37,459 bases of DNA from a virus (Duplodnaviria; Caudoviricetes), in IMG/VR virus record IMGVR_UViG_3300035492_000097, positions 1-37,459 of that record, one strand, 5' to 3'. Of this stretch, positions 9,207 to 18,000 are shown in pieces. Made by a program: the position numbers and the translations under genes. Under the pieces are notes generated by a model, which was given only the letters and a program-made list of their open reading frames with translations, did no database searches and was not told the origin of the DNA. How positions within the stretch are numbered: the first letter of the stretch is position 1; each line of letters opens with the position of its first letter.

Positions 9207-9295
9207 GTGGTTAGCTCCTTTGTTTATTTGTGCTTTTGTACAAATGTACAATTATACTAACTCGACCACCGGCACGAGTCGAGTCTTATCTGCAG

Positions 9296-9325
9296 GAAAA
9301 AGAAAGCCCCGCAGGTGCGGGGCTT
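9296..9325 (-). terminator. Intrinsic terminator of the leftward operon
   Basis: AAGCCCCGCA-gg-TGCGGGGCTT with a T-rich tail on the minus strand. Confidence 0.7.
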
Positions 9326-9343
9326 GGTGGGGCGTTTGGCTTG

Positions 9344-9658
9344 TTACGCTTCTTTCTCTGGTTGTTCTGCTGCTTTCTGTTTCACGATGGCCATACAGCT
9401 TCCTTTGCCCGTTTGCCTAACGAAGGCGTGGTAAACCGTCTTTGTCAGTTCTGAGTATAAGGTTGGAGTAAATGGCAGCAGAGCTTCCGCAATTTCCCCA
9501 AACTGTTCCAGGTCAATGCCAAACTTTTCAATTAGTGGCGAGTCGAAGTCTTCATCTTCATTAATGATTTTTTCGGTTTGTTCCTCGGTGAGGCCAAGTG
9601 CGGCACCAGCAAGCATTTGTAGGTCTAAATAGTCCATGTGGTTCTCCAGATTATCCAA
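9344..9658 (-). CDS. Hypothetical acidic protein
   Basis: 104-aa ORF overlapping the exonuclease stop; real start may be the second Met. Confidence 0.7.
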   Translation of the reverse strand: MDNLENHMDYLDLQMLAGAALGLTEEQTEKIINEDEDFDSPLIEKFGIDLEQFGEIAEALLPFTPTLYSELTKTVYHAFVRQTGKGSCMAIVKQKAAEQPEKEA

Positions 9659-10271
9659 TTTGTACCAGGCTGCTGCCGCAGTCAGGGCAGCCGCATTTTG
9701 ATTTGAGTCTTTGCATGGTGGTGCACCATTGGCCGGCCATCGATGCGATGACGCCCAGGGTCATCTGGCAGTCAGCCAGTGCGCGGTGCGCTTTCCCCTC
9801 GATAACGACGCCCTGCTGTTTGGCGGCATTGCCAAGGCGCTGCCACTTCCATTGGCCTCGATAGTCGTCCCACTGGCCATAGAACTCGGCATAGGCCAGC
9901 ATGGCGCAGTCTGCTTGGGTTCGGATGTTGAGCAGGTCGTTCCGTTCGTCAGCCTGGCGAATCATTCTCAGGTCGTAGTCGGCGTTGTAGATGACCAGCT
10001 CGCGGCCTTCAACCAGTGGCACAAAGAGATCGTAAACTTCTGGCCATGTGGGTGCGTTGGCCACCATCTCGTTGGTGATGCCGTGGATGCGCGTCGCATC
10101 CTCTGGGATTGGGGCTGTCGGCTTCACCAGCGTATCGAGCAGCACGTTGCCGGCGCAGTCGATAATGCTGATCTCGATAATCTCGGCCTTGCTGTCCAGT
10201 CCGGTGGTCTCGGTATCGAGTATCAGGGCGTTATTTGCCAGCCACTGCTGGGCTTGTTGCTTCGGTATCAT
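9651..10271 (-). CDS. DEDDh 3'-5' exonuclease (DnaQ/epsilon-like)
   Basis: LDTETTG, IYNADYD and AHRALADC motifs. Confidence 0.9.
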   Translation of the reverse strand: MIPKQQAQQWLANNALILDTETTGLDSKAEIIEISIIDCAGNVLLDTLVKPTAPIPEDATRIHGITNEMVANAPTWPEVYDLFVPLVEGRELVIYNADYDLRMIRQADERNDLLNIRTQADCAMLAYAEFYGQWDDYRGQWKWQRLGNAAKQQGVVIEGKAHRALADCQMTLGVIASMAGQWCTTMQRLKSKCGCPDCGSSLVQIG

Positions 10272-10286
10272 GTTTCTTTCCTTCTC

Positions 10287-10373
10287 TCACTTCGTTAACC
10301 AGATAACCAGGCAACTGACGGCCGCGATGGCCACGATGCCCAGGATGTCTTCCGCGCTTTCCTTCCAATTCAT
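10287..10373 (-). CDS. 28-aa hydrophobic peptide
   Basis: MNWKESAEDILGIVAIAAVSCLVIWLTK; ATGA overlap with the upstream gene; fills the gap before the exonuclease. Confidence 0.55.
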   Translation of the reverse strand: MNWKESAEDILGIVAIAAVSCLVIWLTK

Positions 10374-10600
10374 GCTGGCCACTCCTCTGCAATTAATACC
10401 CATTCGTCATCGAACACGCCGATCTCCTCGCCGGTGGTCGCGTGTTTGACGTTGAATACAATCTCGGGAGCGTTTGGGTCTGGGTTCAGCTCGGTGACCG
10501 TGGCGGCTCCGCCTGGCCATAGCCCCATGGGCATGGTGATGACGGTTTTACCCACCAGCTGCTTGCCGAACTCGGCCATCATTTGCTTTGCGATATGCAT
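10370..10600 (-). CDS. Hypothetical protein
   Basis: 76 aa, GGAGG RBS. Confidence 0.7.
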   Translation of the reverse strand: MHIAKQMMAEFGKQLVGKTVITMPMGLWPGGAATVTELNPDPNAPEIVFNVKHATTGEEIGVFDDEWVLIAEEWPA

Positions 10601-10610
10601 GTGCGCCTCC

Positions 10611-10757
10611 TTACGCTGCCAGTTTCAGCAGGGCGTCACGCATGAAGCCGTGGCAGTGGATTTGAGCGTATTGGCGCACCAGGCGCTTGTAGTGCTCGTT
10701 GGTTGGAACTTGGCTTAGTTTTAAGCCGCGTACAGTGTTATAATCATGTGCAGACAT
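10611..10757 (-). CDS. 48-aa hypothetical protein (missed by the ORF track)
   Basis: GGAGG RBS at 10763-10767; MSAHDYNTVRGLKLSQVPTNEHYKRLVRQYAQIHCHGFMRDALLKLAA. Confidence 0.65.
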   Translation of the reverse strand: MSAHDYNTVRGLKLSQVPTNEHYKRLVRQYAQIHCHGFMRDALLKLAA

Positions 10758-10830
10758 GATTGCCTCCTAGTCAGACGGTTGTTGTGTCACTGATAGCCCT
10801 AGGGTTGCCGCCCTGGGGCTTTCGCTTTTC
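10751..10830 (+). ncRNA. Candidate ~80-nt antisense RNA
   Basis: Extended -10 TGtTATAAT (10736-10744) and a + strand hairpin 10795-10820 followed by a T-rich tract. Confidence 0.5.
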
Positions 10831-11094
10831 TTAGTCCTGCAGGTGGTATTCACCTTCCCCGCGTTCATACTTTTCAAACAGATCCTGAAGCGCCTCGATG
10901 ACGAACTTGCGCACTGGCACGTTGTCCAGTGAGTTGGCTCGCATGCTGTGCAGGCGTCGGTGGTAGCTGGCCGGGATATCGACCGGCAGTCGCTTCAGCT
11001 CTTCGTCCAGGTCGTCACGAACGACCGCAGCCATAGCCTTGGCCTTGTCGTCGCGCTGGCCTGGCTTCTTTGCTGACAGCTTCACATCACGCAT
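10831..11094 (-). CDS. ParG-like ribbon-helix-helix partition protein
   Basis: 87 aa downstream of parA; flexible N-terminus then KRLPVDIP..YHRRL...VRKFVIEALQDLFEKY. Confidence 0.75.
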   Translation of the reverse strand: MRDVKLSAKKPGQRDDKAKAMAAVVRDDLDEELKRLPVDIPASYHRRLHSMRANSLDNVPVRKFVIEALQDLFEKYERGEGEYHLQD

Positions 11095-11725
11095 TGGCGA
11101 ACTCCTTCAATTCTTTCACTAGCATCTTGATCTCGAAGCGAGCCTTGTGCTCGTCTTCCAGGTCGACCACTGAGCCACCCCACTTGGCCGTGTTGGCGTA
11201 GTCCACCTTCTGGGTGGTGCCGTTGGCGAAAATTGGCAGCTCGTACCCTTCGAGGGCTTGCATCACTTCGCCGCTGAGGCGGGTGTTCTTGATTGCTCGG
11301 CTGATGACGAACGCGCCACGAGGGTGGCCGTCTGTCACTTCCTGGCGAGCCTTGAGCAGCTCCACAAGGTCAGAGCAGGCCCAAATGTCATAGGGGCTCG
11401 GCTGAACCGGAATCATAACCACATCGGCGGCACGCACGGCCGCTGCTGCCAGTTCGCTCACTTGCGGGGCGCCATCAATGACAACCCAATCATAGTCGCG
11501 TGCGATTTTAGGCAGTTCTCTCGAGATGGACTTGCCCATGCGCACAACGGGGCACAGCTCGTCGCCTTCGCGTGCGTCTGCCCAGTCTGAGGCAGAGCCT
11601 TGAGGGTCGAGGTCTACCAGCAGGGTGGATTCTCCCTGGCTGTGTAGCCAGCTGGCCACGTTCGTGCTGATGGTGGTCTTACCGGATCCACCTTTTTGGT
11701 TGAGTACCGCGATAACTTTCGGCAT
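11087..11725 (-). CDS. parA: ParA partition ATPase (type Ib, no N-terminal HTH)
   Basis: Deviant Walker A KGGSGKTT, VDLDPQGS, VIDGAP. Confidence 0.95.
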   Translation of the reverse strand: MPKVIAVLNQKGGSGKTTISTNVASWLHSQGESTLLVDLDPQGSASDWADAREGDELCPVVRMGKSISRELPKIARDYDWVVIDGAPQVSELAAAAVRAADVVMIPVQPSPYDIWACSDLVELLKARQEVTDGHPRGAFVISRAIKNTRLSGEVMQALEGYELPIFANGTTQKVDYANTAKWGGSVVDLEDEHKARFEIKMLVKELKEFANA

Positions 11726-12187
11726 TTCATTCTCCTAGTCGTTTGTCGTTGCTTGTTCAATTTAAACAAAAGTACATTAGTATAAATGTACATTAAACGC
11801 AAGCGCATTTTTATACTGGCATACATTGCACCTTTTATTGCTGTGTCCTTTCGTGCCTGCCTGCAAAGCCTTATGTTTCATAGCGTTGTGCGCTAGTCGC
11901 TTTCGGCTGTCCTTTCTGCTCCCTGCGTTATACACCCGTCCTTTCTGTGCTCTGATACCTTGAGGCTTAACTTTTCCACCTGCTCGGCAATGCTTGCTCA
12001 CGTTTCTCTTACTGGTCTTTGCTCGACCTGCTTAGTCACCCGTAACTAACAAGTATCGTCTATGTACACCTCTAGTATGGGCGTATCTATGTACACATAT
12101 AACCCTATCACACATACACGCATACACACAACACCCAAGGCAATATACATATAGCCCTAGGGCAATTTATGTACGTACATAGGCACA

Positions 12188-12211
12188 CCCATACTATACG
12201 TATAGTATGGG
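12188..12211. other. Telomere resolution site (telRL) palindrome
   Basis: Perfect 24-bp palindrome CCCATACTATAC|GTATAGTATGGG just upstream of protelomerase, as in N15. Confidence 0.88.
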
Positions 12212-12299
12212 CTATAATATACACCATAGTAAGCCCTAGGTCAAGGTATGTATGTACATAGGTATAGGGCTAGATATGTACACAGTTACGCCCTAGGGG

Positions 12300-12328
12300 T
12301 TGACACGTACATAAAATAGGGCTATATA
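12300..12328 (+). promoter_or_regulatory. Putative protelomerase promoter
   Basis: TTGACA-17-TATATA upstream of the AAGGAG RBS. Confidence 0.45.
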
Positions 12329-12374
12329 TGTATGTAGGGTTAAATATGTACCAGTTACCACAAGGAGAAATGGT

Positions 12375-13991
12375 ATGAGCGGCGAAAGTAGACAAAAGGT
12401 AAACCTCGAGGAGTTAATAAATGAGCTCGTCGAGGAGGTGAAAACCATCGATGACAATGAGGCGATTACTCGGTCTGAAAAAACCAAGTTGATCACCAGG
12501 GCGGCGACTAAATTCAAGACCAAGCTGCACGACGATAAGCGCCGGAAGGATGCGACCAGAATCGCTCTTAGCACCTATCGTAAGTACATGACGATGGCTA
12601 GGGCAGCCGTCACTGAACAGAATTGGAAGCACCATAGCCTTGAGCAGCAGATAGAGCGGCTGGCCAAGAAGCACCCGCAATACGCTGAGCAGCTGGTGGC
12701 CATCGGGGCCATGGATAACATCACCGAGTTGCGCCTGGCGCATCGCGACCTCCTGAAGGGCATCAAGGACAACGATGAGGCCTTCGAAGATATCCGCAGC
12801 ATAAAGTTAGACCACGAGGTTATGCGCCATCTGACACTACCCAGTGCGCAAAAGGCGAGACTGGCAGAGGAAGCCGCCGAGGCGTTGACAGAGAAGAAAA
12901 CCGCCACGGTCGACATCAACTATCACGAGCTGATGGCCGGAGTGGTGGAGCTGTTGACCAAGAAGACCAAGACGGTCGGCAGCGACAGCACCTACAGCTT
13001 CAGCCGGCTGGCGCTTGGTATTGGCCTGGCTACCGGTCGTCGTTCTATCGAGATACTGAAGCAGGGCGAGTTCAAAAAGGTGGATGAGCAGCGGCTCGAG
13101 TTCTCTGGCCAAGCGAAAAAACGCGGCGGTGCCGACTATTCAGAGACCTATACCATTTACACCCTGGTCGACTCCGACCTGGTACTGATGGCGCTGAAGA
13201 ACCTGCGAGAGTTGCCAGAAGTTCGCGCCCTGGATGAGTACGACCAGCTGGGCGAGATTAAACGGAACGACGCCATCAATAAACGCTGTGCAAAAACGCT
13301 CAACCAAACCGCCAAGCAGTTCTTTGGCAGCGACGAGCGCGTGTTCAAGGATAGTCGTGCCATCTGGGCGCGTCTGGCTTATGAGTTGTTTTTCCAACGT
13401 GATCCGCGCTGGAAAAAGAAAGACGAGGACGTTTTCTGGCAGGAGATGCTGGGCCACGAGGACATCGAGACTCAGAAAGCCTATAAGCAATTCAAGGTCG
13501 ACTACAGCGAACCTGAGCAGCCGGTGCACAAGCCTGGCAAGTTCAAGAGCAGAGCTGAAGCCCTCGCGGCGCTCGACTCACATGAGGACATTACCACCCG
13601 CTCATCCATGGCCAAGATCCACGACTGGGTGAAAGAGCGTATTGCGGAAGACCCCGAGGCGAACATCACACAGTCACTCATCACCCGGGAACTGGGCTCA
13701 GGCCGTAAGGTGATCAAGGACTACCTCGACCTGGCTGACGATGCCCTTGCTGTGGTGAATACTCCTGTCGATGACGCAGTCGTCGAGGTTCCAGCTGATG
13801 TGCCGGCAGCAGAAAAACAGCCGAAGAAAGCGCAGAGGCCCAGACTCGTGGCTCACCAGGTTGATGATGAGCACTGGGAAGCCTGGGCGCTGGTGGAAGG
13901 CGAGGAGGTGGCCAGGGTGAAAATCAAGGGCACCCGCGTTGAGGCAATGACAGCCGCATGGGAGGCCAGCCAAAAGGCACTCGATGACTAA
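12375..13991 (+). CDS. telN: Protelomerase (telomere resolvase)
   Basis: Catalytic motifs ATGRRSIE, GQAKKR, FKDSRAIWA, LGHED.ETQKAY. Confidence 0.96.
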   Translation: MSGESRQKVNLEELINELVEEVKTIDDNEAITRSEKTKLITRAATKFKTKLHDDKRRKDATRIALSTYRKYMTMARAAVTEQNWKHHSLEQQIERLAKKHPQYAEQLVAIGAMDNITELRLAHRDLLKGIKDNDEAFEDIRSIKLDHEVMRHLTLPSAQKARLAEEAAEALTEKKTATVDINYHELMAGVVELLTKKTKTVGSDSTYSFSRLALGIGLATGRRSIEILKQGEFKKVDEQRLEFSGQAKKRGGADYSETYTIYTLVDSDLVLMALKNLRELPEVRALDEYDQLGEIKRNDAINKRCAKTLNQTAKQFFGSDERVFKDSRAIWARLAYELFFQRDPRWKKKDEDVFWQEMLGHEDIETQKAYKQFKVDYSEPEQPVHKPGKFKSRAEALAALDSHEDITTRSSMAKIHDWVKERIAEDPEANITQSLITRELGSGRKVIKDYLDLADDALAVVNTPVDDAVVEVPADVPAAEKQPKKAQRPRLVAHQVDDEHWEAWALVEGEEVARVKIKGTRVEAMTAAWEASQKALDD

Positions 13992-14227
13992 TCAACAAGG
14001 CGAAGCACCTCCTTTGAACCGCAGCCTATTTGCAGGCTGCGGTTTATTTTTTCCGATACCTGAAGGTGCTGGTGGGCAGCAGACAGGGCACACGATACCA
14101 CCCTCGGGCTTACCTCGATGCCGGCACTAAGCGCGGTGTCCAGTAGTTCGATGATGGCAGTACCTTTTTCCAGGCTGGATTGTAGGGCGTCTAAAGAGTC
14201 GATGTGTTCACTGCAAAAATCACACAC
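13988..14227 (-). CDS. qtip: Qtip antirepressor
   Basis: 79 aa, divergent from vqmA-phage, between telN and repA as in VP882; GTG start with AAGGAG RBS. Confidence 0.85.
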   Translation of the reverse strand: MCDFCSEHIDSLDALQSSLEKGTAIIELLDTALSAGIEVSPRVVSCALSAAHQHLQVSEKINRSLQIGCGSKEVLRLVD

Positions 14228-14292
14228 GAATACACTCCTTGTAAGTGATTGTTATAAGGAGCTTTATTCTTGATGCATATAAGAAATACCGA

Positions 14293-14310
14293 TAGGGGGA
14301 AAAATACCCT
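14293..14310. promoter_or_regulatory. VqmA-phage binding site in the qtip promoter
   Basis: TAGGGGGAAAAATACCCT quasi-palindrome, matching the reported Pqtip site as I recall it. Confidence 0.8.
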
Positions 14311-14335
14311 GATAAGCAGCTGCTAAAATTGATAA

Positions 14336-15043
14336 ATGTCAATAAGCGAAGGGGATGATGCTTACATCCGCTCGTTGATTCATTTTTTTTGCAATCAATC
14401 GGATCCGTGGGGCATCAAGGACACCAAGTCGGTGTTCATCTATGCAAACCAGCCCTTTCGAGAGTTAGTCGGTATGAAGAACCGCAACGTGGAAGGACTT
14501 ACCGACGCCGATATGGATTGCGAAACTGCGGCCTTTGCCGACTCCTTTCAGGCCCAAGATGGGCTGGTCGAGCAAGGCCGGGAGAAGAAAATCGTCCTGG
14601 ACGTACACCCCTACGCGAATGGTTGGCGCGTTTTCACTTTCACCAAGACCCCTCTCATCATGCCGTCCGGACGTGTGGCCGGCACCATTTTCCACGGACA
14701 AGACCTGACTGACACGGCTGGCCGCATCGAGCGTGCAGTGGTTGAGCTGCTGCTGCCTTCCGGTGGCCAGGCTGGATCCTTCGAGACCAATGTGGTCGGT
14801 CTCAACTTGACCGAACGCGAGGAGCTGGTGCTGTTCTTCCTGCTTCGTGGCCGAACGGCCAAGGATATCGCTGGCATGCTGGGGCGCTCTCCCCGCACCA
14901 TCGAACACGCTATCGAGCGCATCCGCAACAAATTCGGTGCTGGCAACAAGCGGGAGCTCATCGATATGGCCATGTCCAAGGGTTATTACACCATGGTGCC
15001 AAAAGCCCTGTTTCACACACAGGTCTCGATGCTGCTCAAGTAG
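14336..15043 (+). CDS. vqmA: Phage-encoded DPO quorum-sensing receptor VqmA (PAS plus LuxR HTH)
   Basis: PWGIKD..SVFIYAN PAS domain; LTERE..VLFFLLRGRTAKDIA..L.RSPRTIE LuxR HTH. Confidence 0.93.
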   Translation: MSISEGDDAYIRSLIHFFCNQSDPWGIKDTKSVFIYANQPFRELVGMKNRNVEGLTDADMDCETAAFADSFQAQDGLVEQGREKKIVLDVHPYANGWRVFTFTKTPLIMPSGRVAGTIFHGQDLTDTAGRIERAVVELLLPSGGQAGSFETNVVGLNLTEREELVLFFLLRGRTAKDIAGMLGRSPRTIEHAIERIRNKFGAGNKRELIDMAMSKGYYTMVPKALFHTQVSMLLK

Positions 15044-15051
15044 CGCAACCA

Positions 15052-18000
15052 TCACCCGAGCCTCCTCGCATTGGCCTTGAAGTAGAATTTCAACTGGTCG
15101 ACGGTGAGCTCACCGAGCTGAATATCCTCGAGGTCTTCCCGGCTTAACCACCCTCTCGCCTGTTCCAGTGTGACACTGGTACCGGCAATGGCTTCTGACA
15201 GCGTGCGTATAATCAGATCTCTGTCCAATTCTACCTCTTGGGGATACTTCTCAACTGTATATATAACCTTATTTGCGGAAGTGTCCCCACCCTCTGAGAC
15301 CACGTGTGGCGCGGCTTCCGGCTGTTCTGTGGCGGTTTCCAGGCCTGCGCGTTTATCGGAGGCTACCGGTGCAGGCGCATCCTTCTCGACAAATTGCAGG
15401 CTGCTGACGCCCTTGGCGGCGCGGAGGTCGACGTATTCCATGATGGCTTGCCAACTTGCAGGCGCGACATAGAGCTTATTGCGGCCGCCTGTCTTGCGCT
15501 TGTGCAGCACCAGGCCGAGCTTGGCCATGATGTTCTTAACAAAGGTCGTCGGGTCTTTTGGCAGCGCCCTAGGGTTCACATAGGCGCCAATTTTCAGCGA
15601 GTTGTACAGCTCGATGGACTTCTTATCCTTGAGCAGTTCATTCATCACAGCGCGGCACTCGCGATGCGTGAACTCACCCTCGCCAGTCATCCGGTCAAGG
15701 CCCAGCTGCTCGAATACGGTCACCAGCTGGTGTCTGGTAGCGCGTTTGTAGTTGTGGCGGGTGATGACCACCTTGTTCTTGATTTGCGCCCTGTCGTAAG
15801 CGATGGCGTCCTCTTCCTTCGACTGCAGCAGCTCCATGGCTGCTACCTTCTTGATGCCTCGGTCATCGTAAAAGTCGATCACCTCCGGCGTGATATCTTC
15901 GACGCACAGCTGGTTTTCCATGTGGTAGCGGTCGACCTGGGCCGACTCTTCAACCGAGCGGACTTCAGAGCGGCTGAGCTTGTGGAATGTTTCCTCGTCT
16001 GGGGTTTCCTGGCTTAACACCATGTCGATACGCTTCTGCTCGACGATGGCCTTGCCGTATTCTTTCATAGCCTTGGCGGCGTTGATGTCGTCCATATCCT
16101 TCGCCATGCGGCCCACTCGATAGCCATCGGCCACCATGATCAGCAGTAGGTTGTTGGCGAAGTCGTTGCGAGCACGGTTCTCTTCGGCAATAGTGCCCAG
16201 GCGGACTTCGTCAAAGATGGTCTTGCGCCGGCGCAGGATGATTTCCTCGTCGGTTTCTTCGTAGTCCACGGTGAACTCATCGGCGGCAACCAGACCGCGG
16301 TAAATGGCCTCGCGGTCGGTCTCGCGCTGTGTATTGTTAATGCCAATGCCGAGGATGTACTGGCGAGCCGTGCGGTCGCGGCGCATCATCTGCACCGCGT
16401 CGGTCGGTGGTACCACGCCGTGGAATATAGCGACGTGCACATCAAAGTGGCGGACGGTGATCGATACGCCCGAGCTGATAGCCGGGGAGTAGATGACAAC
16501 GTCATAGTGTACGCACTGTGCGTTGGGGTTGTTCAGGAACGACTCCACGGCCGCATCGGCCTTGCTGTCCTTGTGAACATGCAGCACCTTGAGATCAGGT
16601 TTCTTGGCCAGTAGCACCTCGACCATTTTCTTCCCGTCGTTGGCAGAGTCATCTGCCACCAGTACCTTTTTGCCAGCATCCACAGCCTTGACCACTTCCC
16701 CGAACGCGCTATCGATATCGGTGTGCAGTACGTTGATGTGGTTGCAGCTGCCTTCGACTTCGATGACGTGAATAGGCTCACCAGGGCGAGCCATTTCGCA
16801 CAGTTCGACCAGGGCGTCGTTGGCATCCGCGTCACACATAACGACGCGGCGGGATGAACGCATGGCCGCAACCAGCCCATCCATTACCCGAACAGGGTTA
16901 TCAACCGGGCCGTTCGCCGTGTGACGGAGTACCTGGCTGGCCTCATCGATGCAAAGAGTGTCGACGGTTTCAAACCAGCTTAGGCCGTCGCTGTTCTGGA
17001 ATTTAGGGTTAACGATGGAGTTAACGCAGCATGCCAGGTGCGTGGTGTATGGCATTTCGACTGCCATGGTCTCCTGGTAGTTAGCAATGCCCAGGCGGTT
17101 CGATGCGTCACCAATCAACGAGATCCGGTGTGCGATGTAGGCTGCTTTGTTTTCTCTGTGCATGACCGGCTGAATAAGGCGCTCGGTCTTACCTGAGCCC
17201 ATCGGCGCCCGGAGAATAATGCAGCCCTGCAGGCTATCAACCAGGTCGACGATAGTGTCAGGCAGGAGCACGTTGCCATGTTCAGTTTGAACGCCCTCGA
17301 GGCGGATGTAGTTGATGTGGGACTTGTCCAGGGTGTGGTTTGAGAATGAGCGCAGGCTCTTAGCGTTGTGCAGTTTTCCTTTGGCCAGCCACATGATGCG
17401 GCCGCGGATCTTGAAGTCGTTAACCGGGCAACCTGCCGGAATGCTATTCATCACCCAGCGGTAAACCTCGTCTGAGCTGTAAACGATAGGCGACAGCATC
17501 ATGCCAGCGCCGACCGCTTTCAGTGCTTCGTCGGTTGCGTTCTTCTGGCCAGCGTAACGCAGGCGCTGCAGGCAGTACTCGAAGTAATGCGCCTCAGCTT
17601 TCAGCTTGTTGGTTCTGGCTTTGATTTGTCGCGTGACTTCTTTCAGGCCAGCGATGCAGTGCAGGTCATTCCAGTCGGTTGGCTGGGACTTGAGCTGCTC
17701 TTCATCCAGTTCGCTGAAAATAGGGTAAACGGCGCGGACATTGAGGTCTTTATGCAGCTCGAGAGCCGTCATCATGCCCTTGTTGCCTACGTGCGGTTTC
17801 CAGGCGTCATTGTCGGCCGCGTTGAGCAGCTGCAGGTCTGGCATCACACGTTTGTACTCTCGGACGACCTTTTTCAGGTTGTCGGCGTTCATGGCCACGA
17901 TAACCGGCACGCCTGTAGCCAGGTAAATACTGGCCCCAGTGGCGAAGCCTTCACACACGTATGCCTGCTCGGCATCGGTCAGGCTGCCGATGATGCAATG

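Noticed and set aside
12055-12355. CRISPR array or iteron origin
   Set aside because: Repeats are short, irregularly spaced and centred on the telRL palindrome, with no constant repeat-spacer period
12375-13991. Integrase with an att site
   Set aside because: The tyrosine-recombinase-like motifs fit protelomerase, and no host flanking DNA is present
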